A stretch of 64,000 nt of DNA from Marsupella aquatica (taxonomy: Eukaryota > Plantae > Marchantiophyta). The stretch is taken from positions 26,276,798 through 26,340,797 of the forward strand of contig OZ316893.1 of the NCBI GenBank assembly GCA_973895155.1. The letters run 5' to 3'. Made by a program: the position numbers and the translations under genes. This document shows, piece by piece, positions 25,995 through 37,053 of this stretch; the stretch's first letter is position 1; every line of letters starts with the position of its first letter. Below the pieces are notes generated by a model. It did not search any database. It was not told where the DNA came from and saw nothing but the letters and a program-made list of their open reading frames with translations.

Positions 25995-28900
25995 CGTGTC
26001 GTCGCCCAAAAGCAATCACGCCATTTGCACTCAGAAGAATGCATTTTTTAATACTATCCTGGAGAACAAGGCTCTGACTGGTCAAAGGCTATGGCGGAAG
26101 GATAAGTTATTCTGTGTGGATTGGAAACAGCGCTGGTGAGAGAGATAGATAGAGAGAGAAAGAGATTACAGCATTTTGTGAATCAAAATACAGGACCCCT
26201 TTGATCAGACTACTGTACTGGGGAGCAGCCGAGCCTAAGACCAGACCAAACCAAAGTCCAGAGGGAAACAGGGACAAGAGAGTCACGTTATAAAGATGAG
26301 AGAAAGGGGAACATACTGCCATCACAAAACTCTGCAACATGCTACAGGATCTGCTGCCATTGCTACCACTGTAGAGGACTATTGTGGAGACAATCAATCT
26401 TCTCGCCATGGAAAAACAACTGTAAAGAAATTGAGTGAATGAGCAACAGTGAAGTCATACTTTTACTTCAGTCTGACAGACAGAAGAAATTTGGGACAGG
26501 TTCCTCATTGATCGACGAGGCATTTCCCATTGGGCCATCTGTTCTCCTGCCATTGCCAAATTGGAGGGCACTGTGCCAAATTTGACCAAGTATTACCTTC
26601 TAAACATAATTATGGGGAGATGACAACGCGATGGATGCCATCATCTTGGCCTCTCGAGCTACTTTCAATTGATAGCAGACTGCGCGAGACTAGTGAAAGC
26701 CAGGCACTCAAGAAACTCTTCCCTTGCAGAGTGTTGCTACCCCACCAATTATCTGTTGCCGGTGTCAAATATGGGTTTCCCATTAGTTGTTTGCATGTGG
26801 AACCTTAATTCCTGCTTGGAGAGGACACCAAGATGACTCAGTGGGTCTGCCAAGTTGAATAATTGACTCAGCAAGGTCAGCCGAGTGGAAATTTTTCAAC
26901 TCGTCGAGTCCATCTAGAGAAAAGTGACTCAGCAAGATCAGCCAAGTGACTTTTCTTAACTCGGCAATGCCCCCAAACGATAAAAGCCCGCGGCCGAGTA
27001 CAAGCGGTCAAAATGATGTTTGGAGTTTAGCAAGGCTGCTGAGCTTCACTGATGGGGTGGACAACCTCCAGGTTATACTACTTGGATTGAAGAATTTCAT
27101 CTCCTTGGATGCCACATTATCATTTGGAGGGATGAAGGACCTGAGTGGTGCATGGGACATGGGACATGACTATGCTCGGAGTAGTGATAGTTTGGGAGGA
27201 CATTACTCACAAATGAGTGATACTATTATTGAAGCTTGCCTATCATCTTACTTTTAAGCTTTCTGTTTTGTTGAAGTGTGTGATGAGGAGAGTATTGTTG
27301 CAGTTGCTGGACCTTACTGTTGTTGATGATGAGGAGGGTCTATTGCTGTGACATTTAATGTCATAGCCATAATAAATCAGAAGCATGTAAGTCTCCAACG
27401 GTTGACATGTACACAACATTGCTGAAAACCAACATACAAACAAATTTCTCTCCCCCCCCAAAATGGGTTGATGCAGAGTCATGGCCGGAAGGGGTGCAAA
27501 GGGGGAGGGCAGGAGGTGGCTGCAGGTGTGGTCGATGGTGGCGCTGAAAGTGGAAACTGGGAATGGCCAGAGGGGAAACATTGCTGCTGCAGCCAAAAAC
27601 CAAGAGTTGGGGGAGGGGACATGGAAACACAAAGGAGAAATGGAAAAGTTTGTGTAAGTGCATACACAAAAATAAGAATGTGCAACTTTGTGCACAACTT
27701 CAGTTTGCTTTCAAAGATATTGGATCACCACCAAAACTGGCACAAGAAGTTTTTTTCTATCTGAGTCCTTGTGTTGTTGCATGTTCTATGTAGGGTTGCC
27801 TTACCTGCAGTGAATCGCGGATGATGATGGTTGTTTAAACAGCCTAACAACATAAACCGTGCATGGGTAGTCTAAGGAATTTGTCACCAAGTGCCAGCTT
27901 ACGGCCACACTCAGAAAATTTGGGCTTAGTTTTTGTAATGGATTGTGCCATAGATGGCAGGGTTGGGTTGGGTCTCTTTGGCAAACAGTCGCGGAACTTG
28001 ACTACCTTAACACTTAGCTCCGGCGTCGCTGACTCCGACGTCGAGTTCCCTTATGGTCCAGGCCCGGATAGGCCAATCGGGGAGGACTTAGCATGGGGAG
28101 ACTTGTGGGCAATGAGACGTGGCACTAGCGAAGGCAAGGCACCAAGCTGATGACACACACTAAGGACTTAGACTAGCTGAGTGCTGGTTGGGTCAAGGGG
28201 AAAGGGGCCGGGCTCAAGGTCAACCGTTCGCACCCCCGGATGGACTTTGAAGTCTGAGGGCTTGAGTGAGAGCTTCTCTTGGGCCCAAGGCTAATGGAAT
28301 TGATGCCATGGGCAACGGACGCTTGGGGCGCAAGTTATGGCCCGATCCGGGTTTAGCCGATTGGGGGCCCCAAGCGACAATGAGATCCGAGGGATTAGGC
28401 ATGAGCATTGGGTCGGCCCGATCACAACGGGCTAAGGCACTCTGCTTGCGGACGCCTAACGAGAAAGTTATGGGCGTTGCCAGTTGGTGGCGCACCGAGT
28501 TATGCGGGATAGGGTCCGGGTTGGGGTCCAAAAGTTTACGGACCAAAGTTGGTCCAGGGGTAGCAGGTCTCAAGAAGCATATATGAGGGGAGTGGTGTCT
28601 CCCTGGGGACTAAGGGCGAACCGAAGTCATGAGCCGTGGCGGTCGCGACACTAAGGGAAAATGCCAAATGGAAACGGCAACAACGTCCCAACGAGAAGTC
28701 CGTTGGGGAAATATTTGGGTGCGTTGGAAAGCTCTCGGCAAGGGCTACATCCTCCTGAGCTCTGCTAGGTCTGGGGGTGCTGGTTCTTGAGGTTTGTTGG
28801 TGTTATCTCGCCCGCTTGCCAAATCCTGACGAAACAGCAACCAAGCCGCGTTCAGTCTCTCAAGGGAGCTTGCATTGGGGAGGCAAGGCCAAGTAGGTGT

Positions 28901-29732
28901 GGAGGTTGAGTTCCAAGGGCACTTGGCCCCTAGACCATCAGTGGGGCAAGAACCGGGAGTTGCTAAAGTCGGGGCCGTTCTGGTCCCGGCGTGTTGGGAC
29001 AAGCTTGGGACAAACTTTAGGACAAGCTACGCTATTTGGGCCATGAGCATGTCCTGGGGGCAGGGCAATCAATTGGTGATGGATAGGTACGAGGGGAACC
29101 CGGGCTGCACCCAAGGAAGGAGCTGTTCTGGACGAACAGTGGACGTTGGTTCTGGTTTTGGCTTATGTTATCAGGAGGACCTATCGCTGACCTACTTACC
29201 AATGTCTGTTGAGCTTGAGTTAAGATGCTAGACTTGGGGAGATCTAGATCTTGAAGGGTTACTTATCGAGATGCTTGGTTGCTTGTGCAGACAGTGAGAA
29301 CCGTTGAATAGCGGTCGTGTTGGAGAGCAAGTGTGGCTTCGTATGGGAGGGGCCGCTGGTGGTGCAAGGGGCACTAGGTTGCTTGCTTGAGGTATTCCGT
29401 GGATGGTGTTCAGGCACCAAGGGCACTTAAGCGTGGGTGCCGGGATTGGTGAGGGTGCTGGGTGGCAAGGTCCACCACTCAAACACCTGGGTCTAATATG
29501 GATGGCAAAACATGGCTCTGATATGGAGAACAGATGGGCACAATATAGACAAAGTACTGGAGGTGGTAAAAGGCCAAGATGATGAGCCTTCCTCTGACAC
29601 AAAGAGGTGGCCTACTTTTAAACAGCTTCAAGGAAGAAGGGCTTGCTTTTATGACACTGAATGTTAGCTTCATATAACAGTACTCACAACAATGTCATAT
29701 GCATGCACAAGATACCCTAAACCCTAAAATCA

Positions 29733-30060
29733 ACTGGCTTAGGTCTCTTGGCCTAAACTCAAGAGATCCAGGTTCAATCCCCCCCCTCACAAGCAAGGGG
29801 TATTGGAGGGTATGTGTATGTGTGGGTGGGATGTAGTGGTAGTTGTACTGGTTTCTCTTCAGCCCCTGGCTGGCCCGCTTTGAGGCTCTGGTTTAACCCT
29901 CTCTCCCTCCTGGTTTGGGTCCCAGCTGTCGAATTGGCTCCCTGGGTATCATCCCCTTGTGGCTACCACAAGATAGCATGCTCCAGAGCAAAACTTCTAT
30001 CCTATGTTGGATGTGTCTGCTTTTGGCTCTCAAGGCAAGAAAATATACAGCACCAAAAAA
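29733..30060 (+). mobile_element. tRNA-derived SINE, copy 1
   Basis: It has an A-box-like TGGCTTAGG (29735) and a B-box GGTTCAATCC (29771-29780). The body is collinear with 35576-35918 and ends A-rich. Confidence 0.7.
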
Positions 30061-30148
30061 CATGGAGGGAACAATATCTAACTATGGTAATTTGCATTCC
30101 CACAAGCTTGGCTCTCCTTGATCATAGGTCAGTACTATCATAGGAAAG

Positions 30149-30520
30149 GACCTTTAACCAGGTCCCTTGAACATCTTATCGACTTACTCGACCACAAAGA
30201 TGGATTCAGGACTTGACCAGGCCCCTCAGACGGTCGTCCGTCTAAATAAAAAGAATGTATGAAGTTTGTCTCAGTTGTCATTAAGTATGCCTTTGCTACA
30301 CAAGGCTGGAGAGGATTTGAAAGAAACAACAGTTGGTAGGTTTTGTGGCGCCCTGAGTAGAGTAATGGCACACTTTGTAGCAGAGGCAGACCCGACGATG
30401 ACTGCAGCCAACTTCAGGTAGATTTTTGATGGCCAACCATCTGAGGGGCGTGGTCAAGTCCTAAATTTATATTTGCAGTCAGTTAAGTCCATAAGATGCT
30501 AGAGGGGCCTGGTTAAGTAC
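30149..30520. mobile_element. MITE with ~95-bp imperfect terminal inverted repeats
   Basis: TTAACCAGGTCCC..CATCTTATCGACTTA..AGGACTTGACCAGGCCCCTCAGACGGT is an imperfect reverse complement of ACCATCTGAGGGGCGTGGTCAAGTCCT..TAAGTCCATAAGATG..GGGGCCTGGTTAA. Confidence 0.8.
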
Positions 30521-33500
30521 TTTTGTGGTATTGTCATGCAGAATTTTATTATCGAAGCACAAAGGTAGTCTACTCTTAAGAGCCTAGGGTCTAGAGTGGA
30601 GCCTCTAGACCCTAACCCTTAATACAGACAAAAGTGATCATGAATCTCAATAAAAAAATATAAATGAGGATGGACAAAAATGATATTGATTTCCAAATAA
30701 AGACAAAACAAATGAAAGTAGACAAAAAAAACAAGGATGGGGCAAAGATTAACTGAAATAACATAGAAATTTTATTACACATGATTGTTTTTTTTTCATA
30801 TGTACAGTATTTGCTTTCAAGGAACAGTTAATCGGGCTAGTGACAAAGGAACAAGCAAGGCAAAAGTGGAGTTAAAGTGTGTAACCCCAATTCAAAGGAT
30901 CATTTTGTCATTCAGAACGCTCCTGTTTCAAACTCAGTACTGTACTCAAACTTTAAGCCGACCAAGAAATGAGAATTTTGAAACTTCTCGTGTGTCACAA
31001 CTCAGCATAGTACAGTACTCACTGCACGTTCAAGCCGGCCAAAAATTTCAGAACGAAGGAAATCCTTCACATTGCAATTACCAATCGTTTCTGAATGTAG
31101 AGTACAGTCGTGCAGGGGATTGAGAGTTTGGGTCGACAAACTCTTCCAAAAGATTGAGGTCAATATTCGGAAGGAAAATTGATGAAAATTGATGACAGCC
31201 CAAAAAGTAAAGCACACTGTGAGGCCCCAGGTCTACTGTCCAATGCAGCAACTACAGTATATATTCGAGTGCCACCTTTAACATTCATTTGCGGCTTTTG
31301 CAATGGGACATTAATAATTCTTAGACTCGAGGAGACAGGACTTCGAGAGGCCAACCAGGTTCTTGTCTCTAGCATGCACACACGGAGTAGACGGTGTTGG
31401 CCCTTTTGAGAACTTTTTGTCCATTGCAGAAATCAATCAGTCGAGATAAGACAGTGGACAGCCACAAAAAACGGTAACTTACAGCATATATCCTTTTGGA
31501 GATTTGGTATGTCAATTCCTTTAAGAGTGTTCAGTAGATACCACGATGAAAACGGCCTTAAAGTCGCCTGAAGTAAAGCTTTCGAGGATGCTTTATGACG
31601 AATTCAAAAGCAATTTGAAGGGAAGGAGGAGGGGAACCTCTGAGCCTTCTTATTACCAATTACCATCCAACAATTCTTTAGTAAGCGATGGAATGAATGC
31701 CCTTCCCCACTAGACTATATCATTCCCGAGCAGGACGGAGTGAACCGCTCAGCTCATGCAATTGACATGCAAGAGTGATTAGAGAGATCCATGGAAAGTC
31801 ATTTACGGGAGACTGACTGATGAGGCTGGCGTTTCTCATGATCTCGCGTGGTACCTTCACAAAGACAGGTGAAATTCATCAATCTATCGTTCTAAATTTT
31901 ATCCATGGAGAGTGCTTAGAAAGCTCACCGCTGTACAATCATGATCTAGCAATTCTAGCACGGATATGATCTTCGCACCGACTTGAGAGGTCAGTTTTGT
32001 CCCCATCTCTTTTTGGTGGGGCTAGCTCCCACTCAAAACGAAATTAATGTATTCCCATGATCTTTTTCTTCTCAATTGGTGATCTCGTGATGAATATATA
32101 CTTCGAGCTCATTCCTACCTACAAATTGAAGGACATGGTAAGACAGACACATTCTCGTTGAACATTTTGAAAGTGACCTTTCTCGTCCTTGTAAAAACTG
32201 TCTCATACAAAAAAACCATGTTTGTTGAACATTCTGCAAATTCTCGAGAACATTTCTGACGTGACTTCCAAACCCAGTCAAAGTACTTTTATTCTTTCTT
32301 CACTAGTACAGTGCATTTTCCCTTGATTGAAACTCCATTTTTCTTTTGTAAATCCCTCAATTCTATCTTTCTTTACTAGTGCAAAAATGTCCCCACTTTT
32401 TGGAAAGAAAGGGAAGCCCGAGTGACCAGCCTGCACAACTGGACTTGACACTTGAAAGAGGGGAAAGCAATATACTTTTTTCTTGAGTAAGTCCAGCAAT
32501 TCTATTGTAAGAAGAACTGTGGATTTTTATTCTGGTGCTGGCTCTTCTGATAGTGAGTTAGAGCATCTTGAAAGGTTACTGGTTTTGGTTACTATATATG
32601 ACAAGTACACAACCAGTCTAGTAATACCATTTTTAAAAAGTTTTTTTAGTAATATAAGTAGTCAAATGAAGCTCAGCCCCAACCCTTATTGGATAATTTT
32701 TCTCCACACTAGAAATAGGCTTCACGCCTTGGTAGATTACAATCTTGAAAACCCAGTAGAAAGTAAACTGTAGAGTGTCTCCAATTGCAACCAAAAAACC
32801 CAGTTACTTAAGGCTTTCCAATAAGAGTTGGAGATGCTTTTATGGTAATGAATTGTCTTACGTTTTCTCAGGTTCCTCTTTTCTTGTTAAGTGGCATGCC
32901 CCACTCATTAGAGATCTGCCATCTAAGTTTGCCAAAATGTTCCCATGGAATTTAGCAACCCCCATGGACAATGTTTACACACAATGTCATGCAAATGCTC
33001 ATTTCTCTGTCCTAGTTTGCCAAAACTTTCACATCCATTGGCAACCCCTGTGGACCAGACTTACTCACATTGCCACAAAGAATATTCTTAATTAGTCCAT
33101 GTAGGTTGCATGGCTTCTATCCAAGGTCCACAGATACATCATTTCCTTGAATTTTCATTTTCCTTGAATTTTCTTTTTATCAAAATTAAAAAGGCTTCTC
33201 TCCCCATCTTCTCTTCTTTTCTCTTCTTTTCTGTACTATAGTATACTATAGTATGGGTCTGTCATGAAATCGTACCAACTTGCAAGTGTGTGAATAAACT
33301 CGTGCATTACTTTGCTTCCTAACTTCATCATTCTGCTACTAACTAATTGTTGTTGATGGTGATCTTTGATCTAACTATCACACTCTCTCGTACATCATGC
33401 ATTTTTTCTTTCCTTGTTTGTGCCCTTGGAAGTCTATGCTTATCACCGTACATGATGTTTTCCCTCTACAAGAAAGGCCCTAGAAAACAGCTAGAAAATA

Positions 33501-35363
33501 CTCCAAACAGTGTCCCATGGCACTACAAAAAATACGTCATTTATTCTTAGTGCCCGGGGGTGCAAATTGGAATCAAATTGGGCACTTGCCCTTGGGGTTG
33601 GTCGCACGAAGATTATTGTTCTCCCACAAGTCTCAATTACTTTACTTGAGGTCACACCTTCTGTTGGCATGGCAAGGGATTTATGTCATTCATTCTCGTG
33701 CCATGGCATGGGCGAGCATTATTAGGAAGCCACAATTCTCTGACCTCATGTCAAGGATAATTACAGCACTTCGCCAGTGGCTGTGCTACATAGTCTCCGT
33801 CTTGTTGCGTAAATTTACATGATGATTACCCACAAGAACGTTCTCGTTTACCTATTCTACAATGCCATAAGCATTGATTAGTTGACTGATTATTTGGCAA
33901 GTTGGCATTTATTATACTCCGTATCCAGTAGAGGACAGGTGCCTGGCTGTATTGTTGTGTGGGTGAGAATGTGAGATATTGTCATATAATCATATTGTAG
34001 TGAGGACCCACCTATTTTTGTTGGCGCTCTGAAAACGGGGAAGAGAGGGCCCACTTTTTTATAGCACCTATTCCTTTGAACTTAATTGGTTTGAACAAGG
34101 AGGTTACAGGTCAGGTACTTTCCCGAGTTCCCTCCCTCCCTACACTCCCACCCCATACACAAAAAAGCTTAGAGACCATGCATTTCAGAATGTGTTTAGA
34201 GTAGGTTCTAATGACTTGGATAGAGGTTCTCTCTAAACCCTAAATAGTAATTCCTAAACTTACATCAACTTTGGCTATGACCTCTGTCTGTCGTGCCAAG
34301 ATGAGCCTTGACTAGGTTTACCATGCTTCTCAACTTTTCATAGGCGCTCTGCATAATGATACATCTATCATTTCATCTGCTATCAGTGCTTGTGGTTTGA
34401 TGTACCATGGCACTACCGTACACAATGCCATGGTCTTGTATTCAAATAGTGGGCCATGGGGCACTCTATTTGAGTTTTGACTATGTGTTTTCATTTTTTG
34501 TATTTGCAGAGCATTGTGTTCAAATATTGACGTTGTGTTTGAATATTGACATTGACATATATGATTCTTGACTTTTTTGCTATTTGTGCTCAAATTAGAA
34601 TAGTTTAGGGTCAAATATCAAACTCAGAGTCCAACTCAAACACAATGCTAATATTCAAAACAACGCCCGGGCGCTGTGTTAAAATGACATTGGGTTTGAC
34701 AAAAAATATTATTTCTTATGGAGACTTAAAAAAATCCATTTTCAAACACAAAGCCCGGGCACTGTGTTCGGGGGAAGACGGTAGGTCTCTTCTCTTTCGA
34801 AGAGCTCAAAAGGACTCTATTTGACTCTATTGCTCAGTAAAGTTTCAAAACCATGGCCAAAAACATTTGGCCCAGCGCATTCACACACCTGTCTTCAGAT
34901 GCTCAGAATAATTGCTTTGCAAATACATACAAAAATCAGGGAAGGGCTTGAAGTGAGCTTGTTGGGTAATTCGGTAAATCTCAATAAAACTATTTGTTAG
35001 GAAATAAGGTGAGATGAAGAGTGATCATTACCATCAAGCCCGAAAAATAAGATTGATGCATGAAACTCTTTTTGAGATAGTGGGGCACTGTTGTGGACTC
35101 AAGGGACTTATTCTGGTTGTGGATAAAGCACATCTCAAAACCCTTCTGGCAATTTCAGCCCCCACTGGCTCAACTCACCCAAGATCCCTGACTAAATCTA
35201 AATAAAAATACACTCACCCCTATTTGGCCACATTACAAATAACTCTAATATAACACTAAGTGTTACTCTTGCCTGCAAGACACACCTGGGCATGAATGAC
35301 ACATAAGATGCCTCATCAGTTTTTTGCCTGGCTTACACTTCTTTGCCCAACCTCTATGTTTTC

Positions 35364-35523
35364 GAGGTATACATGCGTGATGTACCCCCACAACAAAAAA
35401 TGTTACTTGGAGTGATCTAGACTATTGACAGACCTTGATAGACCTTAAATCAACATACCCAAAAGCTCATGACGTTGGTTAGGTAGAAAACTTCAGCTTT
35501 GGGGTCTATCAAGCATAAACCTC
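35364..35523. mobile_element. Degenerate copy of the Mutator-like MITE family
   Basis: It has GAGGTATA...AAGCATAAACCTC termini and an internal TTGATAGACCTTAAATCAA shared with the 13719 copy. Confidence 0.55.
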
Positions 35524-35575
35524 CTACATTTGTATGGAGCATGTGGGCATTGGGCAGAAGCAAGTTCCAAGACAA

Positions 35576-35918
35576 CATGGCTTTGGTCACAAGGGATGAG
35601 CCTGGAACCAAGAGGTCCCAGGTTCAATCCCCCCCCCACACACAAGGGTTGTGGAGGGTATGTGTGGGTAGGGTGTAATGGTGGGAATCCTGGTTTTTCC
35701 TCAGCCCCTGGCTAGATTTGGGGCCCTGGTTTAACCCTCTCTCCCTCCTAGTGTGGGTCCTGGGTATCGTCCCCCCTTGTGGCTACTCTACACTGGTGGT
35801 GCATATTCCAAAATAGAACATCTATTTTGTGTTGGATGGGTCTATTTTAGGCTTTTCAAGACACGAAAGTCTATTATCTGTTAGATGGGTCTATTTTAGG
35901 CTTTCAAGGAAAAAAAAA
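35576..35918 (+). mobile_element. tRNA-derived SINE, copy 2
   Basis: It has an A-box-like TGGCTTTGG (35578) and a B-box GGTTCAATCC (35621-35630). The body is shared with copy 1 (GGAGGGTATGTGT..CAGCCCCTGGCT..CTGGTTTAACCCTCTCTCCCTCCT), followed by a duplicated 3' unit and an A tail. Confidence 0.75.
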
Positions 35919-36042
35919 CCGAAAAAATATGGTATAGGTAATCTTTCAATGAAAAGAAACATTGCCTACATTGTCTTTCGAATCAGCCCACGAATGGCAA
36001 TGTACACAGAACCCTGCACCAGCTCCATAGCCCAGACGATCA

Positions 36043-36206
36043 ATCAGCGTTCGATTGGAGAGCTCGAGACGAGTCTCACAGAGAGAGATCGACAGAGAAA
36101 CAGAGAGAGACATCAGCGTTCGGTTGGGGAGCTCGAGACGAGTCTCATAGAGAGATACACAGAGAAACAGAGAGAGACATCGACGGAGAGAGAGAGAGAG
36201 ACATCG

Positions 36207-36254
<48 letters not shown>
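36043..36254 (+). repeat. Leader repeats: ~68-bp duplication plus (GA)n microsatellite abutting the ATG at 36255
   Basis: ATCAGCGTTCG.TTGG.GAGCTCGAGACGAGTCTCA occurs twice, followed by GACATCGACGG(AG)n twice and a long GA run. Confidence 0.9.
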
Positions 36255-36258
<4 letters not shown>

Positions 36259-36464
36259 TCCTTCGGCATGGGGAATTGCGGACAATTGCAGCTTTTGTGG
36301 GTCTGAACACGCTCTTGTGCCTCTCTGTCAGCCCCGTCTACGACTTCGTCTGCGATCTGCCCTTCTGGGAGCGCCGGAGAGAGATTCAGCGCACACAGAA
36401 AACGGAATTTGTGGCCAATTCGGAGACCCAGCTGTTCCACGGACAAGAGAAGGCGTCTCACTGA
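36255..36464 (+). CDS. 69-aa small protein with an N-terminal hydrophobic segment and a PVYDFVCxLPxWERRRE motif
   Basis: The ATG directly follows the GA tract. The motif FVGLN..L...SPVYDFVCDLPFWERRRE resembles, from memory, a conserved family of uncharacterised small plant proteins (TPVYDFVCFLPYWERRRE). Confidence 0.75.
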
Positions 36465-36498
36465 TTCTCATGTCCATATCGACCGGAGCTAGCTCGAG

Positions 36499-37053
36499 AT
36501 GAAGCTAAGGGTGGCTTGGAGGAATGTTGTGCATTATGTACGCACGGATTTGCGGGAAATTGCGTTCCCATCGTCGCTCCCTGATCCACCTTCTTCGAAA
36601 CCAAAGCCTAGGAAATTGACTGTCCGAGAGCATCTCCACGTGTGGAAAACAGGAACGAGACTTTACTTTCGAAGCTGGAGAACTGGGACACTCGATGACG
36701 ATGATGAAGGGAAGGATGAAGAATCAATTCAGTCGAAAAAGAACAATCCTGAAGAGCACTCAATTCTGGAGGAGCTTGCCCTAGCTAGTAGAGCAGGATC
36801 GGAGACTCTGCGTCCTGCTTTGCAACGGCTCTATATGACCAGAGCTTCTGCATATCGAGATGCGCTCCGCAGTTTTGTAGAAGGTTATCAAGAGGGCATT
36901 GGAGAAGGTATGAGAGCCTCTAAAGCTCTGAAGAATGATATAGAGAGAGACACTTATTCAGGAGTAGCTAACAGTGATCAATCCAATGTCACTAAGCCAA
37001 ATGTAGTGGAGACAAAAAGGGAGCAAGAGAAAGATAGAGGCATGGGATTGTAG
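36499..37053 (+). CDS. EMB2735: EMBRYO DEFECTIVE 2735-like protein (184 aa, intronless)
   Basis: The motifs DLREIAFPSSLPDPP, RKLT and ETLRPALQRLYMTRASAYRDALRSFVEGYQEG match my recollection of the Arabidopsis EMB2735 family. Confidence 0.85.
   Translation: MKLRVAWRNVVHYVRTDLREIAFPSSLPDPPSSKPKPRKLTVREHLHVWKTGTRLYFRSWRTGTLDDDDEGKDEESIQSKKNNPEEHSILEELALASRAGSETLRPALQRLYMTRASAYRDALRSFVEGYQEGIGEGMRASKALKNDIERDTYSGVANSDQSNVTKPNVVETKREQEKDRGMGL

Noticed and set aside
27860-29620. G-rich block with several ~100-aa ORFs, possibly an old LTR-retrotransposon fragment
   Set aside because: No diagnostic motif, LTR pair, PBS or TSD could be identified.
35829-36254. 211-aa ORF with an ERERER tract
   Set aside because: The N-terminal part is SINE tail and GA microsatellite read from a non-ATG start; only the portion from the ATG at 36255 looks like real protein.
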